This document shows positions 14,766 to 25,473 of a stretch of DNA of 64,000 nt, piece by piece. Numbering within the stretch: position 1 is the first letter of the stretch; each line of letters begins with the position of its first letter. Location: the NCBI GenBank assembly GCA_965140705.1, contig OZ223302.1:96001-160000 (forward strand). The letters run 5' to 3'. Source of the stretch: an uncultured Arcobacter sp. (GTDB taxonomy: Bacteria > Campylobacterota > Campylobacteria > Campylobacterales > Arcobacteraceae). The position numbers and the translations under genes are program-made. The notes beneath the pieces are model-generated. The model made no database searches, was not told the DNA's origin, and saw only the letters and a program-made list of their open reading frames with translations.

Positions 14766-15232
14766 TCATAAATGGTATTTTATTAACTGTAGATTTATTA
14801 GATACATTATTTCTTTAGCCAGATGAAAAAACTAAGACTTATAGTTGCAAAATATTTCAACGAAGAACTGCTTTTTGTTCATTTTAAGTTAATGAAAACA
14901 TATGATGATATTTTGAAGATAATATAAATTTTTTTTTTCAGTTAAAATCAAATTAATAAATAATTTTTATATAAACCATTTTTTATTAAGAACATATTTT
15001 CATTATTTTGATTTAAAATCATTTAAACTCATTTTTGTACGTTAGTTAGTTTCGATTAAACAAGAAGAATGTCTATGCAAGCAATTTTGGTTTTCTGTAA
15101 TTTCTGGCTGCTCCTCTTAAGATTACTTTGCATTTTCTAATAAAAAAATTAAAAAAATTCTTAAAAACCGAGATTTTAGTTAGCTTAATTGCGTGATTGA
15201 TTAAAACCTAAATATGATTATAATATTCCCAT
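14766..15232 (-). CDS. Possible small hypothetical protein (boundaries uncertain)
   Basis: ATG at 15232 (MGILQSYLGFNQSRNQ), one short GT-AG intron, then a higher-GC exon (QEEQPEITENQNCLHRHSSCLIE). The in-frame TGA at 15002-15000 may be Trp or the stop. Confidence 0.35.
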
Positions 15233-15754
15233 GCTTTAATTGTATTTTAAATATGTTAGTTCCTATACAATTATAAAATACTTTAAATCATTAAATTTTT
15301 GTTAATACTTTACTGTAAATGGTTTGTATTTTTTGAACTTGTGTATGTCTGTGAGACCTATTTTATATAATTTTTGTAAATAAAATTTTAATTAAAAGAT
15401 TAAAAATTGTAAAAGACCTATTTTATTTAAAAGAGGCTTTAAATATATATATATATATATTATTTTTTTAATTTTAAATACAAATAATTAATAATTACTA
15501 AAAAATTGCTAAATTTTAAAATATAATATAAAAATAAAAATGGAAGTTAATATTGCCTATGCTTATTATTTAAGCAAAATGCAAACAATTTTAATGCTTA
15601 AATTTTACAGTTAAATTAAAAATTTTAAAATAAAATTATTAATAAAATTTTTAAATATTAATAAAAATAATTTAAAAAATAATAAATACAGCAATTAGCA
15701 AATAGCAAGCATAATTATTTTTTTTAATAAAAAAAAGTTTAAATAAAAATTAAA

Positions 15755-17887
15755 ATGGCTGATTAAGAGCTTAAATAGCAAGATGAAATGAATAAAAGCT
15801 AAATGAAAGAAGAAGGAGAAAAAGCAGTACGACATAGTAGCCGCTCGAAACTCAAGGCAGACTTTCCTTGGAAAAAGTTTAATTCCCAATCAATTTAAAT
15901 TAAATATTTTATTATTATCTAAGAGTGATAGTAAGAGAAGAAAGCAAGTATGAAAGAGATGATGAAGAATTTCGAATAGTAGGTGGTAGTGGTCAAAAGA
16001 AAAAAAAATCCGAAAAAAGAAAAGAAACAATGCTAATTAAACATGAGTAATAATAAAAAGAAGATAAAGCGCGGGAAGATTTTTTTGCCTTAGTTAATAA
16101 AATTCATGAAGAAAATTCTACAATAGATAGCTTGAAGGATACAATACATTAATTGAATAATAATTCAGATACTATGGAACATGTTATTAGGTTATCACAT
16201 ATTTTGGATTAAAATCTTAATGGAAACGAAATTTCCGAGATTATTAATAATGAAGCAATAAAATAGTTAATGAATACTCTTGCTTTTCCTTTAATAAATA
16301 AAGTTGCATTTCGCTGTATTGGAAAAATTGCTGCACTGAAATAAATAAAAACTAGTGTTTTATTAGCTGAATTTGGACTATTTTGAATAGTTAATCTTAT
16401 AAAAAACTAAATAATGATTCCTTATCATGATGAGGTCATAGAAATACTGAATTAATTATTAAGTACATTGGAGGGCTAAAACCTTGAAAAATTAAGCAAT
16501 GATATTTTGAATTGCCTAGAATTAATGGAAATTATAATAACCTTTGCTTACAGCACATTAAAAAAAATATAATAGCTCTAAGATAAATCTGAGGAATTAG
16601 CACGAAAGAGAAAAAGAGGTAGAAAACCAAAAAAGGGACCAAAATAAATTAATAAGATTTCTGATGATATTAAAGGAGAAGCCTTACTTGCAATTCTAAA
16701 ATCTATGGATCCACGAATAATTAAAGAACATGCTTTATAGATTTTAATTAAAATTGAACCAAAGGATCTAATTAATTAAAAGTATGCTTTAAAATTTGGG
16801 ATGCTTATAGTTAATTAACATTTCAATTTGGTTAAAATGAATAATGGCGAGGAAGTTGAAATTTCAGCTTGTCAGCTATTTATTAGATGTCTTTCTTATA
16901 TTTAAGATATTCTCTGTATATTTATACAAATTTTTATTTTTTATTAGTAAGAAATTATTAAGAGGATATTAATATTATTCAAAAAAATTATTGCTTTTAA
17001 TATTCACTGATTGAAATTTTAAAAGTAAAATAATGACCTTTAGATATTTAAAAATAATTTGCAGTTTATTGTATAGCTATCATTAAATTTTTTTTTGATT
17101 AGAATGTAGACAATGCTATTGAAGTTATAGGCATATTTTATTTAGTTTATGTAGGCTTTAAATCACGCAAATAAAAATTGGTATTAAAAAGTCCTAAGAT
17201 AAATATTTTGGCCGATCAAAGGAGAAGTATAAATTTAAATAAATTTTTCAAATAATAGACTTCTGCAGAAAAGGAATAAATGCTAATAAATATCCTTGAT
17301 ATTTCAATAAAAGTTTCTTAAAGCATTAATTCTCATAATGAAGTGATTCTTCTTTAATGGGAGCATTTTTAAAATTTTGAATAAAAAGCTAAAGAAAATT
17401 AACTTTCATTATAAGTAATTGGCAAGCCATCTATACCTCAATTAATTGATTGTTATTTACCCTAAGTCTTTTATTAAAATTAATTTTAATCTCTAAAAAT
17501 TAGATTAATGAATAAGTATTAACTCTTGTAAGAAATGCTTTAAATCTAGCACCTTCATTAAGTTAATTAGCAGCTATATTTAGTGATTTACCAACAGTGC
17601 TTCTTAATAAATTGTTTTATTTTAATGATTAACCAAAATCCTTTGAATTAATTGTTGAGTCACTAATAAAACTCATCTGTGATTTAAAAATTGAATTAAA
17701 TAATAAAGCTTCACTTTTAGATAAAGCTAAGTAACTTCATTGTTTGCTCAATAGATTAGCTAATTTCAAATATGTGCATTTAATGAAGATGTGTGTAATT
17801 TTTGATTCTTTAGATTGTGGTAAATATAAGTATCCAGGATTTGTTGCTTTGAATGTTATTTAATAATATTAAGAAATTAATTTTTGA
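15755..17887 (+). CDS. Hypothetical alpha-helical (ARM/HEAT-like) protein with basic NLS/AT-hook-like motif RKRKRGRKPKK; may extend to ~18250
   Basis: ATG at 15755, introns 15877-15923, 16916-16947 and ~17466-17503. Internal in-frame TGA at 16384-16386 (EFGLF*IVNLI) and 17034-17036 (LKVKQ*PLDIQ). Confidence 0.7.
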
Positions 17888-18458
17888 AAAAATTTGTTTT
17901 ATCTCAATAAATAAATTAAAAACTTTATATTTTCACTTTTTTAAAAAAAAATGTCAAATTTTATAATAAAATTTAAAATTGCCTGAAACTATAGTTGCTT
18001 TTATTCTTGAATGGCAAAATAAAATTCAAATAAATGAGCAAACTATTATTTCTTTAATTGTTAGTTCTGATCATAAAAAATTTTAAATAAAAACTATTGT
18101 ATTATATATTTTTTTTAGAAATTTATGAAAACAATAAAACTTTGTAAAGATATTGAAGTGATGAAAAATTATTAAAATTAATAGAAAATAAATAAATAAA
18201 GAGAATTTTAATTTCTTTATTAAAAATCAAATCTATATTTGAATATTTAGTGATTTTTAAATATTCTAATAAATTAAAAAATTTATTTAATCTACCTTAA
18301 ATATTTTAAAAATATTAATTGATAAAAATTATAATAAATTTTTTTCTGGCTAATAATTTGCCAAATTTAACTCAAAAAATACAATTTTGAGTTAATTTTG
18401 GTAATATCTTTCAAAAAATGAAATAAAAATAATAAAAAAATAAAATATTTACAAAACA

Positions 18459-19341
18459 ATGAAAAAAGAGATTAAAAGAAGCTCACATATTAATTTTTGG
18501 ACGCTAAAAGAGGACTAAAAATTAATAGAAAAAGTGATTGAATATAAAGCCAAAAATTGGAAGGTCATATCATCTTGCTTAGTAAATCGATCAGCACTAT
18601 CTTGTTCCTTACGTTGGCCAAAAATCAAAGGAGAATAACAAATAAATGTTGAGGCAAAATTCACAAAATAATAGGATGAACTCTTATTAGAGTTGGTAAA
18701 TAAGTATGGTTAATTGAACTTTATTTGATTGTATTATTATTATTTTTTATAAGGTTAAAAATGGAAATTGCTGGAATAATTCTTTGAAAATAAGTCAAAT
18801 AAATAGATTAGAGAGAGATATCTCAATAAAATAAGGTATTGGCTTATAACTATTTTTTTTGTTTTGTTTTTTTTGTTTTTTTTTGAAATCAAACTATTGT
18901 CAATTTATATTTTTGATTAGAAAGTTTTTATAATTTTTTAATTTTAATTTTTTTTAATTTAATTTTTTTCTTTAAGGCCTGGAATAAACACAAAAAAATT
19001 CAGTGACGAAGAAGATTAGCAATTGAATCAGTTATCACATTAATATGGTAAACATTGAAGTTTCATTGGAAAATTAATGAATCGCAGTGAAAATAGCATT
19101 AAAAATAGATTTTATTCCTGCATTGCTAAATAAGATTTGGAAACTTAAATTTAATTAATTGAAGTAAAGTAATAATAAGAAAATTTAGCATCATAGGAAA
19201 TTAAAGAGTAATAATTTTATAATTTTTTAATTTTGTTTCAGATAAATAGAAAAAAAAATTAATTAATAATCTTAATTTATTAATCCTGATCACTTTTTTT
19301 CAGATTATTAAGATTAAGCACATTCTATTAATATAAAGTGA
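18459..19341 (+). CDS. R1R2R3-type Myb DNA-binding protein, copy 1
   Basis: Motifs FWTLKEDQKL, AKNWKVIS, SLRW, YGQKWK, NKQIRERYLNKIRPGI, FSDEEDQQL, YGKH(TGA)SFIGKLMNRSENSIKNRFY. Introns 18709-18753, 18836-18976 and probably 19208-19241. Confidence 0.88.
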
Positions 19342-19449
19342 AACATCTTATAAATTAAACAATTTCAATTTGTTATTAAAAATTAAAAAAATTTTTTTTG
19401 ATTTTAATTAAGTAATATAATATTTTTGAAAATTAAATAAGATAAATAT

Positions 19450-19893
19450 TGCTTAGTAAATCGATCACCACTATCTTGCTCTTTCGTTGATCGAAAATCA
19501 GAGTAGAATAACATCAAAATATTCAGATCAAATTCACAAAACAATAGGATTAACTCTTATTAGAGTTGGTGAAGCAGTATGGTTCATTGCTTGATTGTAT
19601 TATTATTTTTTTAAGGTTAAAAATGGAAATTCTTGCAGTAATTCTTTGAAAATAAGTCAAATAAATAGATTAGAGAGAGATATCTCAAGAAAATAAGGTA
19701 TTAGCTTATAACTATTATTTGCTTTTTTTTTTTTTTTTTTTTTGAAATCAAATAGTTTAATGTTTATATTTTTTTTTGAAAATCAAATTGCTTCTTTTGT
19801 ATTTATATTTTTGATTAGAAAGTTTTTATAATTTTTAAATTTTTAAATTTTAATTTTGTTAAATTTAATTTTTTTCTTTAAGGCCTGGAATAA
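19450..19893 (+). pseudogene. Truncated Myb paralog fragment (copy 2)
   Basis: Matches the R1-end to R2 part of copies 1 and 3, including both introns. It lacks both ends and has a 1-bp deletion near 19480. Confidence 0.8.
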
Positions 19894-20269
19894 ATCGAAT
19901 ACGACTATTATTGCTTTAATTGTTTTGTCATATAAACTATTTTTTTTAGAGATTTATCGTCTATAGAAAAATAATTGTAATAATTATATAAACTACTGCA
20001 CTTTCGGGTTTTATTTATCTAACTGAATAATATTTTTTTCAGGTACAAATGCCCATTTAAATCGCTCCCATTCAAACTCCTAATGGTTTATAAATCAAAT
20101 ACAACTTCTTAAATATTTAATTGTAAAATTTGATGTCTGCTATATTATATTACACTATGATTTTTTTTGTTGTGATAATCAAGAAGCACAATAAAACACT
20201 CTTTTTAAATTTTAAATATATAATGGATAAATATTTCAATTTAAAAAAAATTTGTTTATATAAGCTTTA

Positions 20270-20520
20270 ATTGGCTAAAAAGTCTTAAGATAATGTTTTT
20301 TGCCGATTAAAGGAGAAATATAAATTTAAATACTTTTTCAAAGTCATTCTTCTTTAATAAAAGTTTTTTTCACAATTATAAATAAAACTAAAGAAAATTT
20401 ACTTTTTTTTTTTTTTAAAAAAAATTTATGTGAATGAATCAGTATTTACTCATGCACATTTATTAAGTTAATTAAGATGTGTGTTAGGTTTTATTGCTTT
20501 GAATTTTATTTAATATAAAA
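20270..20520 (+). pseudogene. Degenerate fragments of the 3' part of the 15755-17887 gene
   Basis: gtcttaagataa..tgccgattaaaggagaaatataaatttaaata..ttttcaaa matches 17190-17252. aagatgtgtg..gctttgaat matches ~17787-17865 with large deletions. Confidence 0.7.
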
Positions 20521-20657
20521 ATTTTGTTTATTAAAAATAATTTATATAATAAAATTTTTTTAATGTTTGTAAATATCTTTAGAAAAAAATTATGTAACAA
20601 TTACTCAAATTTCTGAATAATTGAAAAATTAAAAAAAAATAAACTCTTTTAAAGAAA

Positions 20658-21590
20658 ATGAAAAAAGCTATCCAAAAATACAACTAAATTAAAAGCCCAC
20701 ATACTAATTTTTGGACTCCAGAAGAGGATTAAAAATTAATAGAAAAAGTGATTGAATATAGAGCCAAAAATTGGAAGGCCATATCATCTTGCTTAACAAA
20801 TCGATCACCTCTATCTTGTTCCTTTCGTTGGTCAAAAATCAAAGGAGAATAACAAATAAATGTTGAGGCAAAATTCACAAAATAATAGGATGAACTCTTA
20901 TTAGAGTTGGTAAATAAGTATGGTTAATTGAACTTTATTTGATTGTATTATTATTATTTTTTATAAGGTTAAAAATGGAAATTGCTGGAATAATTCTTTG
21001 AAAATAAGTCAAATAAATAGATTAGAGAGAGATATCTCAATAAAATAAGGTATTGGCTTATAACTATTTTTTTTTTTTTTTTTTTTTTTTGTTTTGGTTT
21101 TTTTTGTTTTTTTTTGTTTTTTTTTGAAATCAAACTATTGCCAATTTATATTTTTGATTAGAAAGTTTTTATAATTTTTTAATTTTAATTTTTTTAAATT
21201 TAATTTTTTTCTTTAAGGCCTGGAATAAACACAAAAAAATTCAGTGACGAAGAAGATTAGGAATTGAATCAGTTATCACATTAATATGGCAAACGCTGGA
21301 GTTTTATTGGAAAATTAATGAATCGTAGTGAAAATAGCATTAAAAATAGATTTTATTCTAAAATTGCTAAACAAAATTAGGAGGAACTTTAAATTTAATT
21401 AATTAAAGTTGAGTAATAATAAGAAAAATTAGCATCATAGGAAATTAAAGAAATTACTATTTAGTAATAAATAATTTCATAATATTATTTCAGATAAATA
21501 GACAATAAAAGCAATTAATAATCTTAAATTATCAATACTGATCACTTTTTTTCAGATTATTAAGATTAAAAAAATTGTATAGAAGAATGA
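20658..21590 (+). CDS. R1R2R3-type Myb DNA-binding protein, copy 3
   Basis: FWTPEEDQKL..NWKAIS..SFRWSKI..YGQKWK..KQIRERY..YGKRWSFIGKLMNRSENSIKNRFY. Same intron positions as copy 1, ends TGA 21588-21590. Confidence 0.9.
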
Positions 21591-21786
21591 TAATAGAGAT
21601 AAATACATAAAATTTAATTTTATAAAATAATTTATTCATAAAATAAAATGGTTATATAATGCATTGCAATTAAATATTTATTATAAAATTCTGGCAAAAT
21701 AAAATTTTAAATAAATTTCAAAATTAGTAATAAGCAAACTATTATATTGTAATTATTTTTTATATTGAATTATTAAAATAAATTTA

Positions 21787-24700
21787 ATGGAAATTAAATA
21801 AAAAAGAGAATTTGTAAGTCATGACATTTTAATTTTTTAAATTAAAATTTATTTTTAAATACTTCTTTATTATTTTATTTTATTTACCTCTTTAATTTTT
21901 AACAAAGCAAAAAAAAACAACTAAACTCAATTTAATTAAACTTATACATAAAATTTTTGCAATATTGAAATGGGTAAACTTTTTAAATCTTTAATAAATA
22001 TTTAGAATCCTTGCTCAATAAATAAAAATAAATAGCAGAGGATATAAAATAGCATTCAGGAAATGAATTAAAATATTAAGAATTAATACTAAATTATTTT
22101 AATGAAATTAATTAAATTAGTTCATAAGTTAAGGGATTATTTTTAGTGATAAATAATACTAAAGGGCAAATAAAATACCGATAAAAATTTCAAAAGTGCT
22201 GCATTATCAAATTGCTATGAAAAATAATTGCAATAATTATATAAACTATAGAAATAAGGTTTCCCTTTATTTTTTCTGACAAAAAATCTAATTAGTAAGT
22301 GGATATGCTTACGATTTACGTGAAGTGTCACTTAATTTTAATAAAATAACTCTTGAAATTTCTATTGTATATAGTTATATTTATTTTTGTTGCAATTTCT
22401 TCTTATTAGAAAATAATTCAAGCAAATCAAAACATTACACGTTTCCTGATAAATTTTAAATTGAAGAATAAGCAATATTTTAAATTCTTTAATTATATAT
22501 ACTTATTTTAGAGTGCCTATTAAAAGAATGAAACTCTTTATAAAACCTTAAAAACATTAGAATGAAATACTAATAATTTTTCTGAATATTAATTTAGAAT
22601 TGTATTTACTCCTCCATAAAGAAAATAATTATGTTGTTTATATTTTATAAACATGGATTAAGTAAATATATATTTTTTTTTTTTTGTAAATAATAATTGT
22701 AAACAAAGTTAATTTGGGTGCGCGATGCTTTAACAATCAAGCGCTACCGAGATTTTATTTCAATTCAACTTAATAGCATTTTAAGATCCAATGCTCCAAC
22801 TGAAGAAGAAAAAATTATGACTAGAAAAAATTAATTTGTGAAATTTGCTGCTAATTTTTATAAATTAGAAGTAATAAAAAAATAATTTGAATAAGATATG
22901 AATTTCGGTTTCGGTGATTTTGATGATGATAATGATCAATCTAATAATAATAATAGTAATAATAATAATAATGATAATAATAATAAAGAATCTGAGCATT
23001 AAGAAATTACCGATTATAATTAAAATAATTAAGAATAAGAAATTTATTCAATTCATCGAGAAAAAGAAGAATAGTTTGAAGCAGAGTAAGTTCATATTGA
23101 TCGTATTAAAGATCATCAAATTAATTAAAATGAATAATAATAATAATAATAAGAATACTAATAAGTAATTGAAACAAATTATTAATAAATTGAACTAAAT
23201 AATAATAATAATGAAGAAGAAATAAAATAATTAGATATTGGAAGATAAAAACATACAAGTGATTATGAGATGCAATAAAAATTTAATCCAATTAAAAGAT
23301 AGTATTAAACGCTTGGCGGTATAGAAAATTCTGACTTTAAGAATTCATTCGGATTTCTTGATGAAAATAGTGCATTTGATGTAATTATTTAAAAAATAGG
23401 TTATTTTATTTGTTTTAAATTGAGTTCAGGAATGTTTAAACTTTAAATTCGAGATGGAAAAATTAAATTATTAGAAAATAAAGCAATGTTGTACTCTAAA
23501 AAAGGTAAGAGGAATTGGAAGGAAATTGAAATTCGTTCCGATGCTGAATTCCAAACAAGAGTTTATCTTTTTTTTGGTTTTCAATAACATTTAAAAAAGG
23601 AACAATTTATGGAATAAAAACAGAAATCATATAGTAAAAAGCTTGATTGGAATTAATCCAGTGTGAGTAAATACAGTAAACGATTTTTAATGAAAAAAAA
23701 GCTGTCAAAGGGTAAGAAAAAAAGCAATTACCTTGCAATTTATTTTGATGATAACTCACTATGGGACTTTTTAACTCAATTATTTAAACATTCTCCAGCT
23801 ACTGAAAATGTTGAAGAGCCTCTTGAAAACAATAGTTCTTAAGACCATAATCATGAAGAATAAAATACTATTAATAATAATAATAATAATGCTCTAAATA
23901 CTGAATAAAATGAACCTCATTTAAGTAATCAATCCATGCATAGTTTATCTAAATCTAATAACCAAGAGCCAAATAGTGAACTGGACCATGCAATGGTTGA
24001 ACGGAATGATGATGAATAGGAATAGGAAGAAATTTTATAGAATAGCAATCTTATTGATAATGAACTCAAATAAAGGATTAATGAATAGTAATTATTAGAG
24101 CCTTTAGAAATTTTAGAGGAAGAATAATAGTAGTAGTAATAAGAAGAAGATGAAGATGAATAATTAGGCGGCTTGATGTAATATTTACCAGGCGAAGCAA
24201 CAAATAAATAAAATCATGATGATATAAATTTTGAGCCGGATGATTCAGACTAGGACTACTAGCAATAACAAGAATAATAAGAATAACAGCCGCCAAGCAT
24301 TAAAGACCCTTACGATTTAGAACTATCGCCACGTGAATTCGAAGTGTCTCCTCTCAAATAAGACAATATAATTCCAATTAATTCAGAAGAGCTTCTCTAA
24401 CCTTAACTGTTCTAAAATCCACGAGTAATGATTGATGAGAAATTAAGGAAAAGCTATACTTAAGTGCATTAAGAATTATAGTCATTGTTTAAGAAAGAAG
24501 AGTTTGTGAAAAAAAAATAAATAATGAAGGAGGAGGAGGAAGAAGAAGGAGAAATTTCTATTGAAATTTCTATGGGGAATGACGATGAGGCTGAAAAGGA
24601 ATAGGAATAGTTGAAGGAAAATAATAATCCAAATATTTAGGTTATTTGTTTTAATTTTTAGTATTGTAATTTGAAGGAGAATTAAGAGAAATAAATTAAG

Positions 24701-24927
24701 GAAGAAATAGAAGAAAAAAAAGATAAAGAGGATTCTGTAAATAAAATTTAGTAGGTTTAATTAAGGGATCACACTTCAGAACCTAATTCAGTATTAATTA
24801 ATGAAAGGAAAAATTCAGTAATTTTTTTAATAATATTATTGTGATTTTGTTTTGCAAGTAACATTTTAAAAAAGATAATGCGATTAATTAGAAGTCTGAA
24901 TCGTGTGCTATGTGCAACATTTTTTGA
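21787..24927 (+). CDS. Protein with probable PH-like domain(s), N/Q/E low-complexity tracts and C-terminal CaaX motif (start uncertain)
   Basis: Spliced frame LYKLQKQVSGYAYDLREVSLNFNKITLEI...QFRIVFTPPQRKQLCCLYFINMDQLIWVRDAL. Poly-Q TAA TAG TAG TAG TAA TAA at 24125-24142. Ends SCAMCNIF-TGA. Internal TGA at 22147-22149 and 22563-22565. Confidence 0.7.
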
Positions 24928-25008
24928 TAATCAAATTTAATTAATTAAATTAAATAGCAAAATTAATAATTAGAAAAAAATTGTTTTGTTTTTTACTATT
25001 TATAAATT

Positions 25009-25461
25009 TTAAATACAACCCCATTTATTATTTGAAAATTGTACAAAAGCAACCCCATCCATAAACTCTTTTGCATCTAAATAAAAAGGTTTTTGCACTA
25101 CTTTAAAGTCTTTATTTACATAACCATATTTATCATTTTCTTTTATTATAAAAAAATTATTATACAACTTTGAAATATAGTCATATTTTGGTTCTAATAA
25201 AAACTCATTAGCATCATTGATTATTCCATATTTATTATTTTGTCGCACAATAGAATAATATTCACTATCTTTATTTTTTTCATTAGCACTTGCAAATGGA
25301 TTAGCATCTTCATATTCTTTATTGGGGCTAAGTTTATCTTTTTCTTGTAACATCATATATTTATTATCTTTTATTACAAGTAATGAATTATCTTTTGAAC
25401 TACACCCCATTATAAAAAAAGAGCTAGTAATAGTTAAAACTACTAAACTAAGTTTATTCAT
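25009..25461 (-). CDS. WG (KWG)-repeat lipoprotein, 3'-truncated at the eukaryote/bacterium junction
   Basis: Lipobox FIMGC and repeats KYGIIN, KYGYVN, KWGCI. Stops abruptly at the start of a repeat. Confidence 0.8.
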   Translation of the reverse strand: MNKLSLVVLTITSSFFIMGCSSKDNSLLVIKDNKYMMLQEKDKLSPNKEYEDANPFASANEKNKDSEYYSIVRQNNKYGIINDANEFLLEPKYDYISKLYNNFFIIKENDKYGYVNKDFKVVQKPFYLDAKEFMDGVAFVQFSNNKWGCI

Positions 25462-25473
25462 AATATTTCCTTT

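Larger units (their letters stand above)
1..24927. other. Eukaryotic (ciliate-like) nuclear DNA with a non-standard genetic code (TAA/TAG=Gln; TGA probably Trp or stop)
   Basis: Long frames are open only if TAA/TAG are sense. Short AT-rich GT-AG introns restore frame, and Myb, RING and GRIP-like motifs appear under this code. Confidence 0.95.

Noticed and set aside
22140..22330. WWE domain suggested by FQWQ
   Set aside because: The second Trp and the Glu are missing, and the downstream spliced frame fits a PH-like fold better.
3331..22565. TGA as selenocysteine or Cys (Euplotes-type)
   Set aside because: These are not redox selenoproteins, and the only alignable sites correspond to Trp (TGG).
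22900..24150. (AAT)n and (TAG)n microsatellites, or a CRISPR-like array
   Set aside because: These are coding poly-Asn and poly-Gln tracts. No repeat-spacer structure or cas genes occur anywhere in the window.
4577..24296. Six short standard-code ORFs listed in the eukaryotic part
   Set aside because: They are antisense or off-frame shadows of the real UAR=Gln genes, with low-complexity I/F/L/N composition.
1..24927. Recoded phage, mitochondrial or Mycoplasma-like (code 4/15) DNA
   Set aside because: Spliceosomal introns and Myb/RING/GRIP-like proteins indicate a eukaryotic nuclear origin.
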